A stretch of DNA of 38,963 bases, taken from positions 1-38,963 of IMG/VR virus record IMGVR_UViG_3300020044_006241; one strand, written 5' to 3'. Shown piece by piece: positions 1 to 8,280 of this stretch. Positions within the stretch are counted from its first letter, which is position 1. The number at the start of each line of letters is the position of its first letter. This DNA is from a virus (lineage: Duplodnaviria > Caudoviricetes). A program made the translations under genes and the position numbers. A model generated the notes under the pieces. The model had not been told where the DNA came from, ran no database searches, and saw only the letters and a program-made list of their open reading frames with translations.

Positions 1-139
1 ACGGGTATTTCACACGACATGTAGATACGGCAAAGTTTGGCAAACAGAGGGCGAACGTAACAATTTACGGCAGGTGATGCTGTGAAAACGCATCATGTAG
101 AACTTGTGGTGTATGTGCCTAATCAGCGCCGACACTCAC

Positions 140-660
140 ACTGCACACTGGGTGATTACCAGTGCCTGCCGCCCCGTTCCGAATAAGCCAGCAAAGTAAC
201 CGAGTAGCCCTCACATTGAGTTGTGAGATTAGCTTCGGCGAGTGCACTGGAGTATCGGGTAGCCCTGACAGACGGCGAGATAGTCTGTCGCTCTTTCAAA
301 CTACGGTGACCTTTCTGGCTAGAATTGTCCGCCGATAGTTTCCTCCCGCTGACGTGTGTCAGAGTGGGAGGTTTTCCTCTTGCCCACAAAGCAACCTTGT
401 TCTATGTATGCCTTAGAACATTGTAATAGAAGTCCTGGGCTAACTCCAGACGCAATAATCTCGATTGACGGCGTCTTCTTATGATAGACCCTCAGGCACG
501 TTGTTGGACGAAGTAACCAACTACCCGCATAACATGGAATTGCGCTTGCAATCAAGCTCTTGTTATGCGGGACACTTTAGGCTGACAGTGTGACAATTAA
601 CCTACGCCTCGCAAGCGATAGCAATTACATGTGCGACATGTATTCACTGTCAGCCATTTA
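140..660 (+). ncRNA. Putative structured non-coding RNA region (several stem-loop domains)
   Basis: No credible ORF. Long stems: ~186-207 with ~301-320 (agccag/ctggct, aaag/cttt, gtag/ctac); cctccc..gggagg ~342-370; cccgcataaca 524-534 / tgttatgcggg 561-571; ggctgacagtg 580-590 / cactgtcagcc 645-655. Confidence 0.5.
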
Positions 661-811
661 CCTTTGACAAACACAGTGGCGGAATTGGAAGACGACTATC
701 TCACTAGATACTTGCACGGATAAGTCCCTCTAGTGCGAAAAGAAGAATGAACGTGTAAGAATTCTTCATGCAGGTTCGAGTCCTGCCTGTGTTTGTCATT
801 TACTTTTGACA
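655..811 (+). repeat. 15-bp direct repeat CATTTACYTTTGACA at 655-669 and 797-811 flanking the tRNA-like element
   Basis: catttacctttgaca vs catttacttttgaca, 14/15 identical. Confidence 0.8.
665..798 (+). tRNA. tRNA-like RNA (Leu/Ser-type D and T arms, aberrant extended anticodon arm, no encoded CCA)
   Basis: Acceptor-like stem tgacaaacacag 665-676 / ctgtgtttgtca 787-798; TGGCGGAATTGGAAGACG D-arm-like segment; canonical T arm GCAGG-TTCGAGT-CCTGC 770-786; variable arm gaagaat/attcttc. Confidence 0.65.
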
Positions 812-835
812 GCAGTATAAAAACAAGCCTAAAAT

Positions 836-1048
836 ATGAAAATCACACCCTTCCTACGTAAGTTGATGTTGCGTGAATCACAGCTAAGCAAGCTTACAGA
901 GTTTCATAAGTTTGCGCCTAACTGTATTGAGTGTATAGGCTGGCTTGGACATTCAGTATATATTGTCCGTCTATGGGAAAATAATGACACTTACAGTTTA
1001 GAGATGTTCCCGCTGTTACATACCATTAAAATCTCAAAGAAACCTTAA
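836..1048 (+). CDS. Hypothetical protein
   Basis: 70-aa ATG ORF, A-rich leader, first in + strand gene run. Confidence 0.5.
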   Translation: MKITPFLRKLMLRESQLSKLTEFHKFAPNCIECIGWLGHSVYIVRLWENNDTYSLEMFPLLHTIKISKKP

Positions 1049-1061
1049 CACCTCAAGCACT

Positions 1062-1556
1062 ATCCAGACCTTTCTTCCCTATCCCGACTTCGCACAATCT
1101 GCACACTGCCTCGACAATAAACGCCTAGGTAAACAACGTGTCGAGTGTTTGCAGATATTGAAGACTCTCGCTAAGGGTCCAACAGAAGTTGTCCAGAAAA
1201 TTGATAGACGAACTGGAGATACTGTTGCTATTCACCGCAAAACGCCTTGGTATAACCATCCCGCAGTCCAGCAATGGAAGGGACACGAATACTTATTGTA
1301 TCACTCCTATTTCGCCTCCGTGTGCGGCGAATGGTTGCAACGAGGATTCAAAGATACATGCTACGAAAAAGCTCGACTTGTCATGTTATCTACAGACTGG
1401 CCTTGGCAACGTCTCGATGAACCATCTTGGCTCGGCAACGAAGCCTATCACGCATCTCACCGTTCTAACCTCTTACGGAAAGACTTCGCGCACTACTCTC
1501 AATTCGGATGGACTGAACCTGCGACTTTGCCGTATGTCTGGCCATCTAAACTATAA
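1062..1556 (+). CDS. MSMEG_6728-family / pyrimidine-dimer DNA glycosylase (T4 endonuclease V-like); start appears to be ATC at 1062
   Basis: In-frame translation from 1062 gives IQTFLPYPDFAQSAHCLDNKRLGKQRVECLQIL, the family N-terminus; also HPAVQQWKG, EWLQRG, PSWLG..HASHRSNLLRKD. Confidence 0.85.
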   Translation: MQTFLPYPDFAQSAHCLDNKRLGKQRVECLQILKTLAKGPTEVVQKIDRRTGDTVAIHRKTPWYNHPAVQQWKGHEYLLYHSYFASVCGEWLQRGFKDTCYEKARLVMLSTDWPWQRLDEPSWLGNEAYHASHRSNLLRKDFAHYSQFGWTEPATLPYVWPSKL

Positions 1557-1562
1557 CACACT

Positions 1563-1877
1563 ATGGGCTACCGATCAACATTCATCACAACAGAATCATG
1601 GGTCAAGCTTCCAGAGTGGTTCGTAACTAAATACGAACGCGTAATCTGGATGGCTGACAACATTGACGGTTTAACCCCATACAAGACCTTACCTATCGCA
1701 AGCAAACAAGAAGGTAAGATGTATGGAATGTTCAGTGAACTCATTGAAGACTTACAGCATGTTCTCGACGAGCAGACTGGACGCTTTAGCACTAGACTAA
1801 CACTCATGGTCTTGCACGAAGACGGACAGTATGAGAAGCACGATCTCAAAAAGAAACAGTTCAGCCTAACAGCATAA
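1563..1877 (+). CDS. Hypothetical protein
   Basis: ATG in taacacactATG context; tightly packed. Confidence 0.7.
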   Translation: MGYRSTFITTESWVKLPEWFVTKYERVIWMADNIDGLTPYKTLPIASKQEGKMYGMFSELIEDLQHVLDEQTGRFSTRLTLMVLHEDGQYEKHDLKKKQFSLTA

Positions 1878-1878
1878 C

Positions 1879-2085
1879 ATGAAAACAGGACTAAACGCAA
1901 CATCAGCCGCATCACCTCGCTACTTCAAGAAGGGCGAGATCAAATCAACCTACAAACAAGTCGATGAAGCCCACAAGCGACTCGTCAAACAACCTCACCC
2001 GTGGCGAGGGACTCGTCCACTAAGCGACGAGGCGAAAGCGAAGCGTGCAGAGTATCTCAACAACGAGCGTCAACAGATAATGTAA
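1879..2085 (+). CDS. Hypothetical basic protein
   Basis: taacATG coupling to upstream stop. Confidence 0.65.
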   Translation: MKTGLNATSAASPRYFKKGEIKSTYKQVDEAHKRLVKQPHPWRGTRPLSDEAKAKRAEYLNNERQQIM

Positions 2086-2091
2086 CCCACT

Positions 2092-2364
2092 ATGCCAGCC
2101 TACGTATTCGCCGCCAAACCAGACAAGACCAAGAAACCAAACTTGTCGCTTGCCGCTCACGCATTCTCACGCAACGACAACCGCGAATGCGATGCACTCG
2201 CCGCGTTCAACATCCGTAATCTCGCATCATGGAGCGGAATGAGCCACGAAGAAGTCGAGCGTCGTGTGAAGTTGCGAATGCAACAACTCATGGATGAACT
2301 CGACATCGAAGAGCGTTCGTTCTATGCACGCGAGGACATTGACGAGACATGGGACATTGACTAA
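2092..2364 (+). CDS. Hypothetical protein
   Basis: taacccactATG context; acidic C-terminus. Confidence 0.7.
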   Translation: MPAYVFAAKPDKTKKPNLSLAAHAFSRNDNRECDALAAFNIRNLASWSGMSHEEVERRVKLRMQQLMDELDIEERSFYAREDIDETWDID

Positions 2365-2378
2365 CACACTATCCGCAT

Positions 2379-2394
2379 TGGCATACCCTTTGCG
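2379..2394 (+). promoter_or_regulatory. Sigma54 (-24/-12) promoter
   Basis: TGGCATACCCTTTGCG: GG-N10-GC, intergenic, oriented toward 2489. Confidence 0.75.
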
Positions 2395-2488
2395 ACACTC
2401 TCACCTGCACGACAGAGAAAGCTGGACGCTGATAGTGCAGATGATAAACCAAAACAACAAGTAATGGTCTAGCAGAACAAAACAACAA

Positions 2489-2986
2489 ATGAGCAACGAA
2501 ACGCAATCCCCTGAAGCCGCCGCAGAATCTGAAGTCTCCAACCCTTATGTTGGTTGCTTCGGTGAACGCAACGGCATCAAAATTCCTTGGGTGCGTCGCG
2601 CAGTTGTGCGCGGCGCCGCGAAGCGCACGCCGTATATCACCCTCGATTACTCCGGTTTCTCCGGTGCTGATCTCGTCAAGGCCTTCGGCGAAGAGAAGCT
2701 GAAGGAGTTGATCGAGGCGAAGATGAATGTCGCTGGCCGAGCGATCTGTCAGGACATCATCGGCGAAGACCGCGAGAAGGCTGGTTACACCGTCGACAAC
2801 ATGACGGACACGGAACTTCAAGAGTTCCAGAACTGGGCCGACGGCAAGGTCGAGGATCGCACTCCTCTGGCCGTTCTGCGCCAGCAGATGAACGAACTCG
2901 TCCTCAAGGGCGATCTCGAAGACCCCGAAGTGCTCATGCAGCTTGTCGGACTCAAGCGCGAGATCCTGCAACGCCAGCGCAAGTAA
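2489..2986 (+). CDS. Hypothetical protein, monocistronic, probably highly expressed
   Basis: 165-aa ORF between a sigma54 promoter and a terminator; A-rich leader; visibly C/G-ending codon bias. Confidence 0.85.
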   Translation: MSNETQSPEAAAESEVSNPYVGCFGERNGIKIPWVRRAVVRGAAKRTPYITLDYSGFSGADLVKAFGEEKLKELIEAKMNVAGRAICQDIIGEDREKAGYTVDNMTDTELQEFQNWADGKVEDRTPLAVLRQQMNELVLKGDLEDPEVLMQLVGLKREILQRQRK

Positions 2987-3024
2987 GTCAGACGTGCGTG
3001 ACAACACGCACAGTTTGCAATGCA

Positions 3025-3064
3025 AGCCCATCAGTGAGCGATCCTCACTGGTGGGTTTTTGTTT
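3025..3064 (+). terminator. Intrinsic terminator
   Basis: agcccatcagtgag-cgatc-ctcactggtgggtt stem followed by T run. Confidence 0.8.
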
Positions 3065-3072
3065 GCACATTG

Positions 3073-3088
3073 TGGCACGAATCCTGCT
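3073..3088 (+). promoter_or_regulatory. Sigma54 (-24/-12) promoter
   Basis: TGGCACGAATCCTGCT: GG-N10-GC, directly after terminator, before 3127. Confidence 0.8.
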
Positions 3089-3126
3089 TATGCTTGTGTC
3101 GTAGGAAATCGAATTAACTACCTCGA

Positions 3127-3744
3127 ATGTCAGCTACAGTTAATCCTCTAACATCACTCTTCGGACTTACGGTTAAGACTAGAAGTCCAGATAACGCATC
3201 ATCGAAACTTAAAGAAGCACGGAAACTAGGAATCAAAATTCTAACGGAAGAACAAGTGTTCAAGCCAATGAAAACTAAAACACCAGAGAGTGAAATCGAA
3301 TGGGCCGCACAAGCGAACTGCAACGATCAAGCGATGGGGCGAATCGGATTGTTCTCTTTGTTGCGATTGATTGCATCAGCCGATGGCGGTCATGGTTACA
3401 TCACGATACACAAGGGAGTATCGAGCACGGTCTTGTTCGCATTGAACGAGGCTGATCCGAAGATGGTCCATTGGTGTGTGACAGAACACACGGACTACAT
3501 CAAGGTGTGGCGGCGAAAGGAATGGAACGAAGCATACGAGAAGGTCGTTGCCGACGAAGTGAAGAAGAGTATAGCGATACTCAACGAACAGGAGTATCAA
3601 GAGGCGAAGGCGACAGTGATCAACTTCTTCCTCGAACTGTTCGATGGCAATCGCAAGATTGCTGAGGCGATGTTCGCACCGATGGCAAACAATCACGAGA
3701 AACTAGTCAAGAAAGCTAACGCTATACGCAACGTCATCAAATGA
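3127..3744 (+). CDS. Hypothetical protein
   Basis: 205-aa ORF, ATGA overlap with next gene. Confidence 0.8.
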   Translation: MSATVNPLTSLFGLTVKTRSPDNASSKLKEARKLGIKILTEEQVFKPMKTKTPESEIEWAAQANCNDQAMGRIGLFSLLRLIASADGGHGYITIHKGVSSTVLFALNEADPKMVHWCVTEHTDYIKVWRRKEWNEAYEKVVADEVKKSIAILNEQEYQEAKATVINFFLELFDGNRKIAEAMFAPMANNHEKLVKKANAIRNVIK

Positions 3745-4739
3745 GCGCACCACCAAACAAGGCTATCGCCCTACACAAGGGCCGCACATTCGCCACACAA
3801 TCTGAGGAAGCAAAGATTGCGTTCGCGAAGAAGTCGTATGAGACTACAGCACAAGTGCTGCGGTTCTCATTCACACTCGGCAAGGTAACGTCACTGTTCG
3901 CAATCTGTGACACGCTGAAGATTGCACCAGTCGGGCCTGATCGACACGTCTCGAAAGAGGAATTGACAGCGTTGGTTCTTCGAGGACGTGAAGAACTCCA
4001 CGCGAAACTGGCCGAGCCCAAATCCACAACAGTTGAGCCAGTCGTTGAGGCTCCGGTCGTTGAGGCTCCGGTCGTTGAGACGGTTGACGACAAAGGCGAC
4101 GAGACTATCCCAATGCCTGAACTCACGGACAACCCGCGTGTGCAAGCATTCGGATTCCAAGTTCGCAAGGGCCGCGAGTTGTTCAGGAACCTCACGGTCA
4201 AGGGACATCGCGCTAACTTGCTTCTCTCGCAGACTGGCAGCGGTAAGACTTACATGCTTGGCGCAGTGATGGCGGCCATGAAACGCACTGGATACTTCGA
4301 GGACTACGCGGGTATGTATCCGATGCTCTACGTGACGAAGGCTTCAATCGTCAATCAAACGCAGAAAGTTCTGACGGAATGCTTCGGACTCGATGACCTT
4401 GATGTGATGGTCACGAACGTTGAACAACTACGTGCGATGATGGGCCGCATCTTCCTCACGGAAGAAACGATTATCGTGCAAGGTCAAGAGCACATCGTGT
4501 TCAAGTGGCGAGTGCGTCCGATGCCACGCTTGATTGTGTGGGACGAGGCGCAGATACTCAAGAACATTGATTCGACGCAGTCGAGGATAGCCCAAGCGTT
4601 GAACGATGTGACTGAGTTGTCGCACGGTAAGGAGGCTAACAAACTTCGACAAGTCTTTGCGTCAGCGACACCGTTCATGCGTCTTGTTGAGACGAAGGTG
4701 TTTGCGGCAGCGACGAAGTCAGAGATGGAAGGGATGTGA
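3741..4739 (+). CDS. SF2 helicase, N-terminal ATPase (RecA1) half
   Basis: Motif I SQTGSGKT, motif II VWDEAQ, motif III ASATP; ends shortly after motif III. Confidence 0.85.
   Translation: MSAPPNKAIALHKGRTFATQSEEAKIAFAKKSYETTAQVLRFSFTLGKVTSLFAICDTLKIAPVGPDRHVSKEELTALVLRGREELHAKLAEPKSTTVEPVVEAPVVEAPVVETVDDKGDETIPMPELTDNPRVQAFGFQVRKGRELFRNLTVKGHRANLLLSQTGSGKTYMLGAVMAAMKRTGYFEDYAGMYPMLYVTKASIVNQTQKVLTECFGLDDLDVMVTNVEQLRAMMGRIFLTEETIIVQGQEHIVFKWRVRPMPRLIVWDEAQILKNIDSTQSRIAQALNDVTELSHGKEANKLRQVFASATPFMRLVETKVFAAATKSEMEGM
4032..4086 (+). repeat. 15-bp tandem repeat encoding a (VEAPV)n linker
   Basis: gtcgttgaggctccg repeated, with degenerate flanking copies. Confidence 0.75.
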
Positions 4740-4742
4740 TGT

Positions 4743-4994
4743 ATGCCAAAGATACCGATACATCTACAGAAGAAACGCGGCCCGAAGCCGAAGAAGAAAC
4801 AGTGCTTGTGCAGCAGGCCAATGTTCCGCATGAAAGGTAAGTATGCGGTTTGTGAGTGGTGTAGTAGTCTTGAGAAAGCGGGTGAACAGAAGCGTCACAC
4901 AGAAGGACTGCGGCGAAGGGCTGATGTTGGTTTGGCTGTGGTTGAACCGTATGGTTGGTATGATGGTGGAATGAATGGGAGGTATAACTTATGA
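4743..4994 (+). CDS. Small basic Zn-finger-like protein
   Basis: CLC...CEWC, Lys-rich N-terminus. Confidence 0.6.
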   Translation: MPKIPIHLQKKRGPKPKKKQCLCSRPMFRMKGKYAVCEWCSSLEKAGEQKRHTEGLRRRADVGLAVVEPYGWYDGGMNGRYNL

Positions 4995-5281
4995 GCGAGA
5001 CACCAAGAACAGATGCGGCATGGTATGCCTCAGAAAGTGGTGCAGGCTGCGAACCACTTCTTAAATGCTCGCTTCAACTCGAACGCGAACTGCGCGAGTC
5101 AGAAGCAAGTGCGGCGGTGATGCGGGAGGCGTTGAACGACATTCCGTTTCCGTGCCCATGTTGCTCATATTCCACGATGCACGCCGGGAATTGCACAATT
5201 GGGATCGCCCTCTCCACCAACGCCGGGCGCAAGTTGGTGGACGCCATCCTCGCAGCATGGTCGGAGGCGAACAAGATATGA
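4991..5281 (+). CDS. Hypothetical phage protein (SETPRTDA N-terminus, Cys cluster)
   Basis: 4-bp overlaps on both sides; CPCC..H..C. Confidence 0.65.
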   Translation: MSETPRTDAAWYASESGAGCEPLLKCSLQLERELRESEASAAVMREALNDIPFPCPCCSYSTMHAGNCTIGIALSTNAGRKLVDAILAAWSEANKI

Positions 5282-5562
5282 AAACAGCAGAGGAAATGCT
5301 AGATGAGCACTACGAAAATCTGAATGGTAACGCTTCAGATATAATAGTGGCCATCAAACAAATCCAACTCGACGCCATGCGTGAGGGTATGCGGAGGGCG
5401 GCAGAGATAGCTGAAGCAAGACACGGGTGGCGGAATGAACCTCAGATGAAGCATATCCTCTCCGCAGCAGAACAACTAACCGAGAAAGACTTGAGTGTGG
5501 AAATGGACGCGCCGCAGCGCACGCCTCATGGCAACAACGAACCATCGCACTGTGCAAGGTGA
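5278..5562 (+). CDS. Hypothetical protein (MKTAEEM...)
   Basis: Internal ATG of ORF 5065..5562 overlapping the upstream stop (ATGA). Confidence 0.6.
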   Translation: MKTAEEMLDEHYENLNGNASDIIVAIKQIQLDAMREGMRRAAEIAEARHGWRNEPQMKHILSAAEQLTEKDLSVEMDAPQRTPHGNNEPSHCAR

Positions 5563-5578
5563 AAGGAGTTGAGATTGT

Positions 5579-5938
5579 ATGATGACCACCGAAGAAAAAC
5601 GAATCAAGATTGCGGAGGCGTGCGGCAAAGGCTGGACCCTTGCAGATGATGGATGGTGGGATGGCCCTTCAGGGCTTAAAGAGGGATTACCATTTGAAAC
5701 GATGGTCGAGAGGCTCCCAGACTACTTCCACGACCTCAACGCCATGCATGAGGCGGAGAAGGTGCTGGGCGACAAGTGGATGCCTTATGCACGCAAGTTA
5801 TTGGAAATCACAACCGGATGCGGAGATAACATGCCGCTTGGGTTTCTGAACGGTGCAACTCTCTGCTCGGCTGTCCACGCCACCGCCGCCCAACGCGCCG
5901 AAGCATTCTTGAAAACAATCGGTAAATGGAAAGAGTAA
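5579..5938 (+). CDS. Conserved small phage protein (PDYxxDLNAMHEAEK motif; ABA-sandwich-like)
   Basis: Motifs IAEACG, PDYFHDLNAMHEAEK, ATAAQRAEAFLKTIG recognised from phage hypotheticals. Confidence 0.65.
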   Translation: MMTTEEKRIKIAEACGKGWTLADDGWWDGPSGLKEGLPFETMVERLPDYFHDLNAMHEAEKVLGDKWMPYARKLLEITTGCGDNMPLGFLNGATLCSAVHATAAQRAEAFLKTIGKWKE

Positions 5939-5942
5939 CACT

Positions 5943-6152
5943 ATGAACAAGTTCTACACATGCACTGCCTCAGACTCAGAACACTGTAACGATCGCAGCA
6001 AGCGCTTCGATACATTAGCTGAAGCAGAAGACGCCGCAATGAAACGCTTGACTATTGCACCCTCGTTACACGGCGTCGTTATCATGGAAGCCGTTAAAGA
6101 GATTACACGCAAGCCGATTGAGATACCATTCATCATCAAACAAATACACTAA
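5943..6152 (+). CDS. Hypothetical protein
   Basis: taacactATG context. Confidence 0.65.
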   Translation: MNKFYTCTASDSEHCNDRSKRFDTLAEAEDAAMKRLTIAPSLHGVVIMEAVKEITRKPIEIPFIIKQIH

Positions 6153-6156
6153 CACC

Positions 6157-6351
6157 ATGCAAATCCACCAACTAATCGAACAACTCCTCGATCTCGCAGT
6201 CAAGAACCCAACCGCAACAGTAGTCAACGGAGCAGAGCTAATACATGATCCATCACTAGACGACAGTGACGCACTCGAACCTATCGTCTATCAACCAATC
6301 GAACGCGTAGTCTACAACGCCGAAGACAACACAATAATCATTGACCCCTAA
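6157..6351 (+). CDS. Hypothetical protein (MQIHQLIEQL...)
   Basis: taacaccATG context; internal start of ORF 6055..6351. Confidence 0.65.
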   Translation: MQIHQLIEQLLDLAVKNPTATVVNGAELIHDPSLDDSDALEPIVYQPIERVVYNAEDNTIIIDP

Positions 6352-6358
6352 CATACCT

Positions 6359-6733
6359 ATGAGTCTACAAACATGGATGGAAGAGTTCATGCCAGAGCCT
6401 GCATCTGATGCAGTTACATCTGAGCAAGAGGCAATCGAACATTGCCTACGCAAGTGGAAAGGATTCCGGTCTGAAGCGAAACAAAGGCATCAGTTCTTTC
6501 ACATGCCAACAGGCAATGCGAACTGTGCATTGTGCTTGAGGCATGATGACGACTGCGAGAAGTGTTCACTAGCACTATCACGTGGTGATACTCCGTGTGA
6601 TGCTCCTACGGATGACGAGGCACGATCACCGTATCATTCATACGGCTCCCCACAAAGCGGCGAACTACCTGACCCCGAACCAATGATCGCCGCACTCGAA
6701 GCCGCGTTAGTCTACGAGAAACTGAACCGATAA
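6359..6733 (+). CDS. Cys-rich hypothetical protein
   Basis: taacatacctATG start; CALC..CEKC..PC. Confidence 0.7.
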   Translation: MSLQTWMEEFMPEPASDAVTSEQEAIEHCLRKWKGFRSEAKQRHQFFHMPTGNANCALCLRHDDDCEKCSLALSRGDTPCDAPTDDEARSPYHSYGSPQSGELPDPEPMIAALEAALVYEKLNR

Positions 6734-6737
6734 CACA

Positions 6738-7952
6738 ATGAGCGCTAAACTAAACAACCAATCGTGGGCACCGTGGGCGGCAGCAATCGCCGCACCTGCA
6801 TCCATTCTCGACTACTCGCCGCCAGCAATGGAGCGTTTCATGAAAGCAATGAAGCCCTATGTTGTCGACGTGAAGGGAGTTCGACCGAAGTTTCCTGCAC
6901 GCAATCGCGTGAAGAAGATTCCATTCGACAACCCCGAACAACGCAAGCAATACGATCTCGCTTGGGAACGATACGAACGTGAGATGATCCTACTCAAGGG
7001 CGGCATGAAGGAACTCGGTCAGTTCCAACAGCTTGTCGCCATGATGAAGTTCTCACAGGCCGCCGAACTTATTCGAGCGGAGTTCTTTGCGCGTGACTTG
7101 GACCGCATCGTTCGTGAGGGGAAGGCCGGCGTCCTCGCGATCAAGTTCAAGGAGACAGCGGCAGCGACTATCAAACTTCTCGTGACGAAGTTCGGTTACT
7201 CACGCGAGGACATCAGTATCATCTGGGGTGGAATGGGCGGCATGTTCACGGCAGATGGTAAGGTTAAACTCCGTGAGAAGAAGGTGCCTGAGACTGCATG
7301 GGCTATGATGGGTCCAGAGGATCTCGACATGTTGAAGACGCTCAACATCCGTGTGCTTGTCATGAGCAAGGATAATCCTGAGAAGGTTGTGAAGGAGATT
7401 GAACTCTCGTCGGAGTTGGATGAGCGAGAGAAGCTGAACAAGGCGGGCATGAGCAGCATCGGTGCGGCTGACTTGAGTGAGCTTCGACTTGGCACGCAGA
7501 ACGCGAAGAGTCGTCAGACTGAGATCGACAAGTTCCAAACGGGCAAGTCTCGCATCTGTATCTTCACGTTCAAGGCGGGTGGTGTTGGTCTGTCATTGCA
7601 TCATCACGACAAGACTTGCATTCAGCGTGAGTCAATCATCGCTCCATGTTACAGTGCAATCGAGATGGTTCAAGGGCTTGGCCGTGCGCCGCGTCTCACG
7701 TCGTTGTCTGAGACTGTGCAGACAATGGTATTCTTCAAAGGCACCATCGAGGATCACATTGCCGACAAGGTGAGCGAGAAGCTCAAGTGTTTGCGTGAGG
7801 TTGTGAGACAGCGTGAGTCATGGGAGGATATCATTGTTGATCCTTCGGGACTTCCGATGAAGAAGTTTGACGAGGACGGTAACGATGTTGTCGAAGTCAT
7901 TGACGACGGCAGCGCTAACGATGAGGTTGACGATGATGACGAGGATAATTAA
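6738..7952 (+). CDS. SF2 helicase, C-terminal (RecA2/HelicC) half
   Basis: Motif V AGGVGLSL, motif VI QGLGRAPR; no Walker A/B; own taacacaATG start; acidic tail. Confidence 0.85.
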   Translation: MSAKLNNQSWAPWAAAIAAPASILDYSPPAMERFMKAMKPYVVDVKGVRPKFPARNRVKKIPFDNPEQRKQYDLAWERYEREMILLKGGMKELGQFQQLVAMMKFSQAAELIRAEFFARDLDRIVREGKAGVLAIKFKETAAATIKLLVTKFGYSREDISIIWGGMGGMFTADGKVKLREKKVPETAWAMMGPEDLDMLKTLNIRVLVMSKDNPEKVVKEIELSSELDEREKLNKAGMSSIGAADLSELRLGTQNAKSRQTEIDKFQTGKSRICIFTFKAGGVGLSLHHHDKTCIQRESIIAPCYSAIEMVQGLGRAPRLTSLSETVQTMVFFKGTIEDHIADKVSEKLKCLREVVRQRESWEDIIVDPSGLPMKKFDEDGNDVVEVIDDGSANDEVDDDDEDN

Positions 7953-8280
7953 CATTCGGCTGGCGAACGCGGCCCATATCGGATGGGAGAATGAATTCGG
8001 AATGGTTGTGCATAGCACAACGAAACCAGTTGCAACATATCTCGGTTCACCTGCACACGAACGCAGGCCGCCATCAACTCACGATCACTGGAGGTTCTTC
8101 GTGATCTTTACATACGGATACGGAACGGAATACAAGTTCTACGGCAAGCGAGCAACGGACTTGTGGAATCTTTGGAAGTCAGAACAATTCAACAAACAAT
8201 CCCATGGAAAACGAAACACCAAACGCAGTAAGCGCAGCACCAACCGCACGTCAACTCCACAACTCGTCCTGCTTGTCTAG
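7936..8280 (+). CDS. Hypothetical protein
   Basis: Fills the gap between helicase-C and activator; start uncertain (7933/7936); 3' end overlaps next gene. Confidence 0.45.
   Translation: MTRIINIRLANAAHIGWENEFGMVVHSTTKPVATYLGSPAHERRPPSTHDHWRFFVIFTYGYGTEYKFYGKRATDLWNLWKSEQFNKQSHGKRNTKRSKRSTNRTSTPQLVLLV

Noticed and set aside
806-835. TTGACA-N18-TAAAAT sigma70-like promoter
   Set aside because: The -10 box abuts the ATG at 836, so the TSS would fall inside the ORF; the TTGACA is part of the 15-bp repeat. Unresolved.
4032-4086. 15-bp tandem repeat as origin iterons
   Set aside because: In frame and encodes a VEAPV linker; no AT-rich unwinding region adjacent.
7490-7505. TGGCACGCAGAACGCG, GG-N10-GC
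   Set aside because: Inside the helicase-C coding sequence and the -12 element lacks TGC; probably chance.
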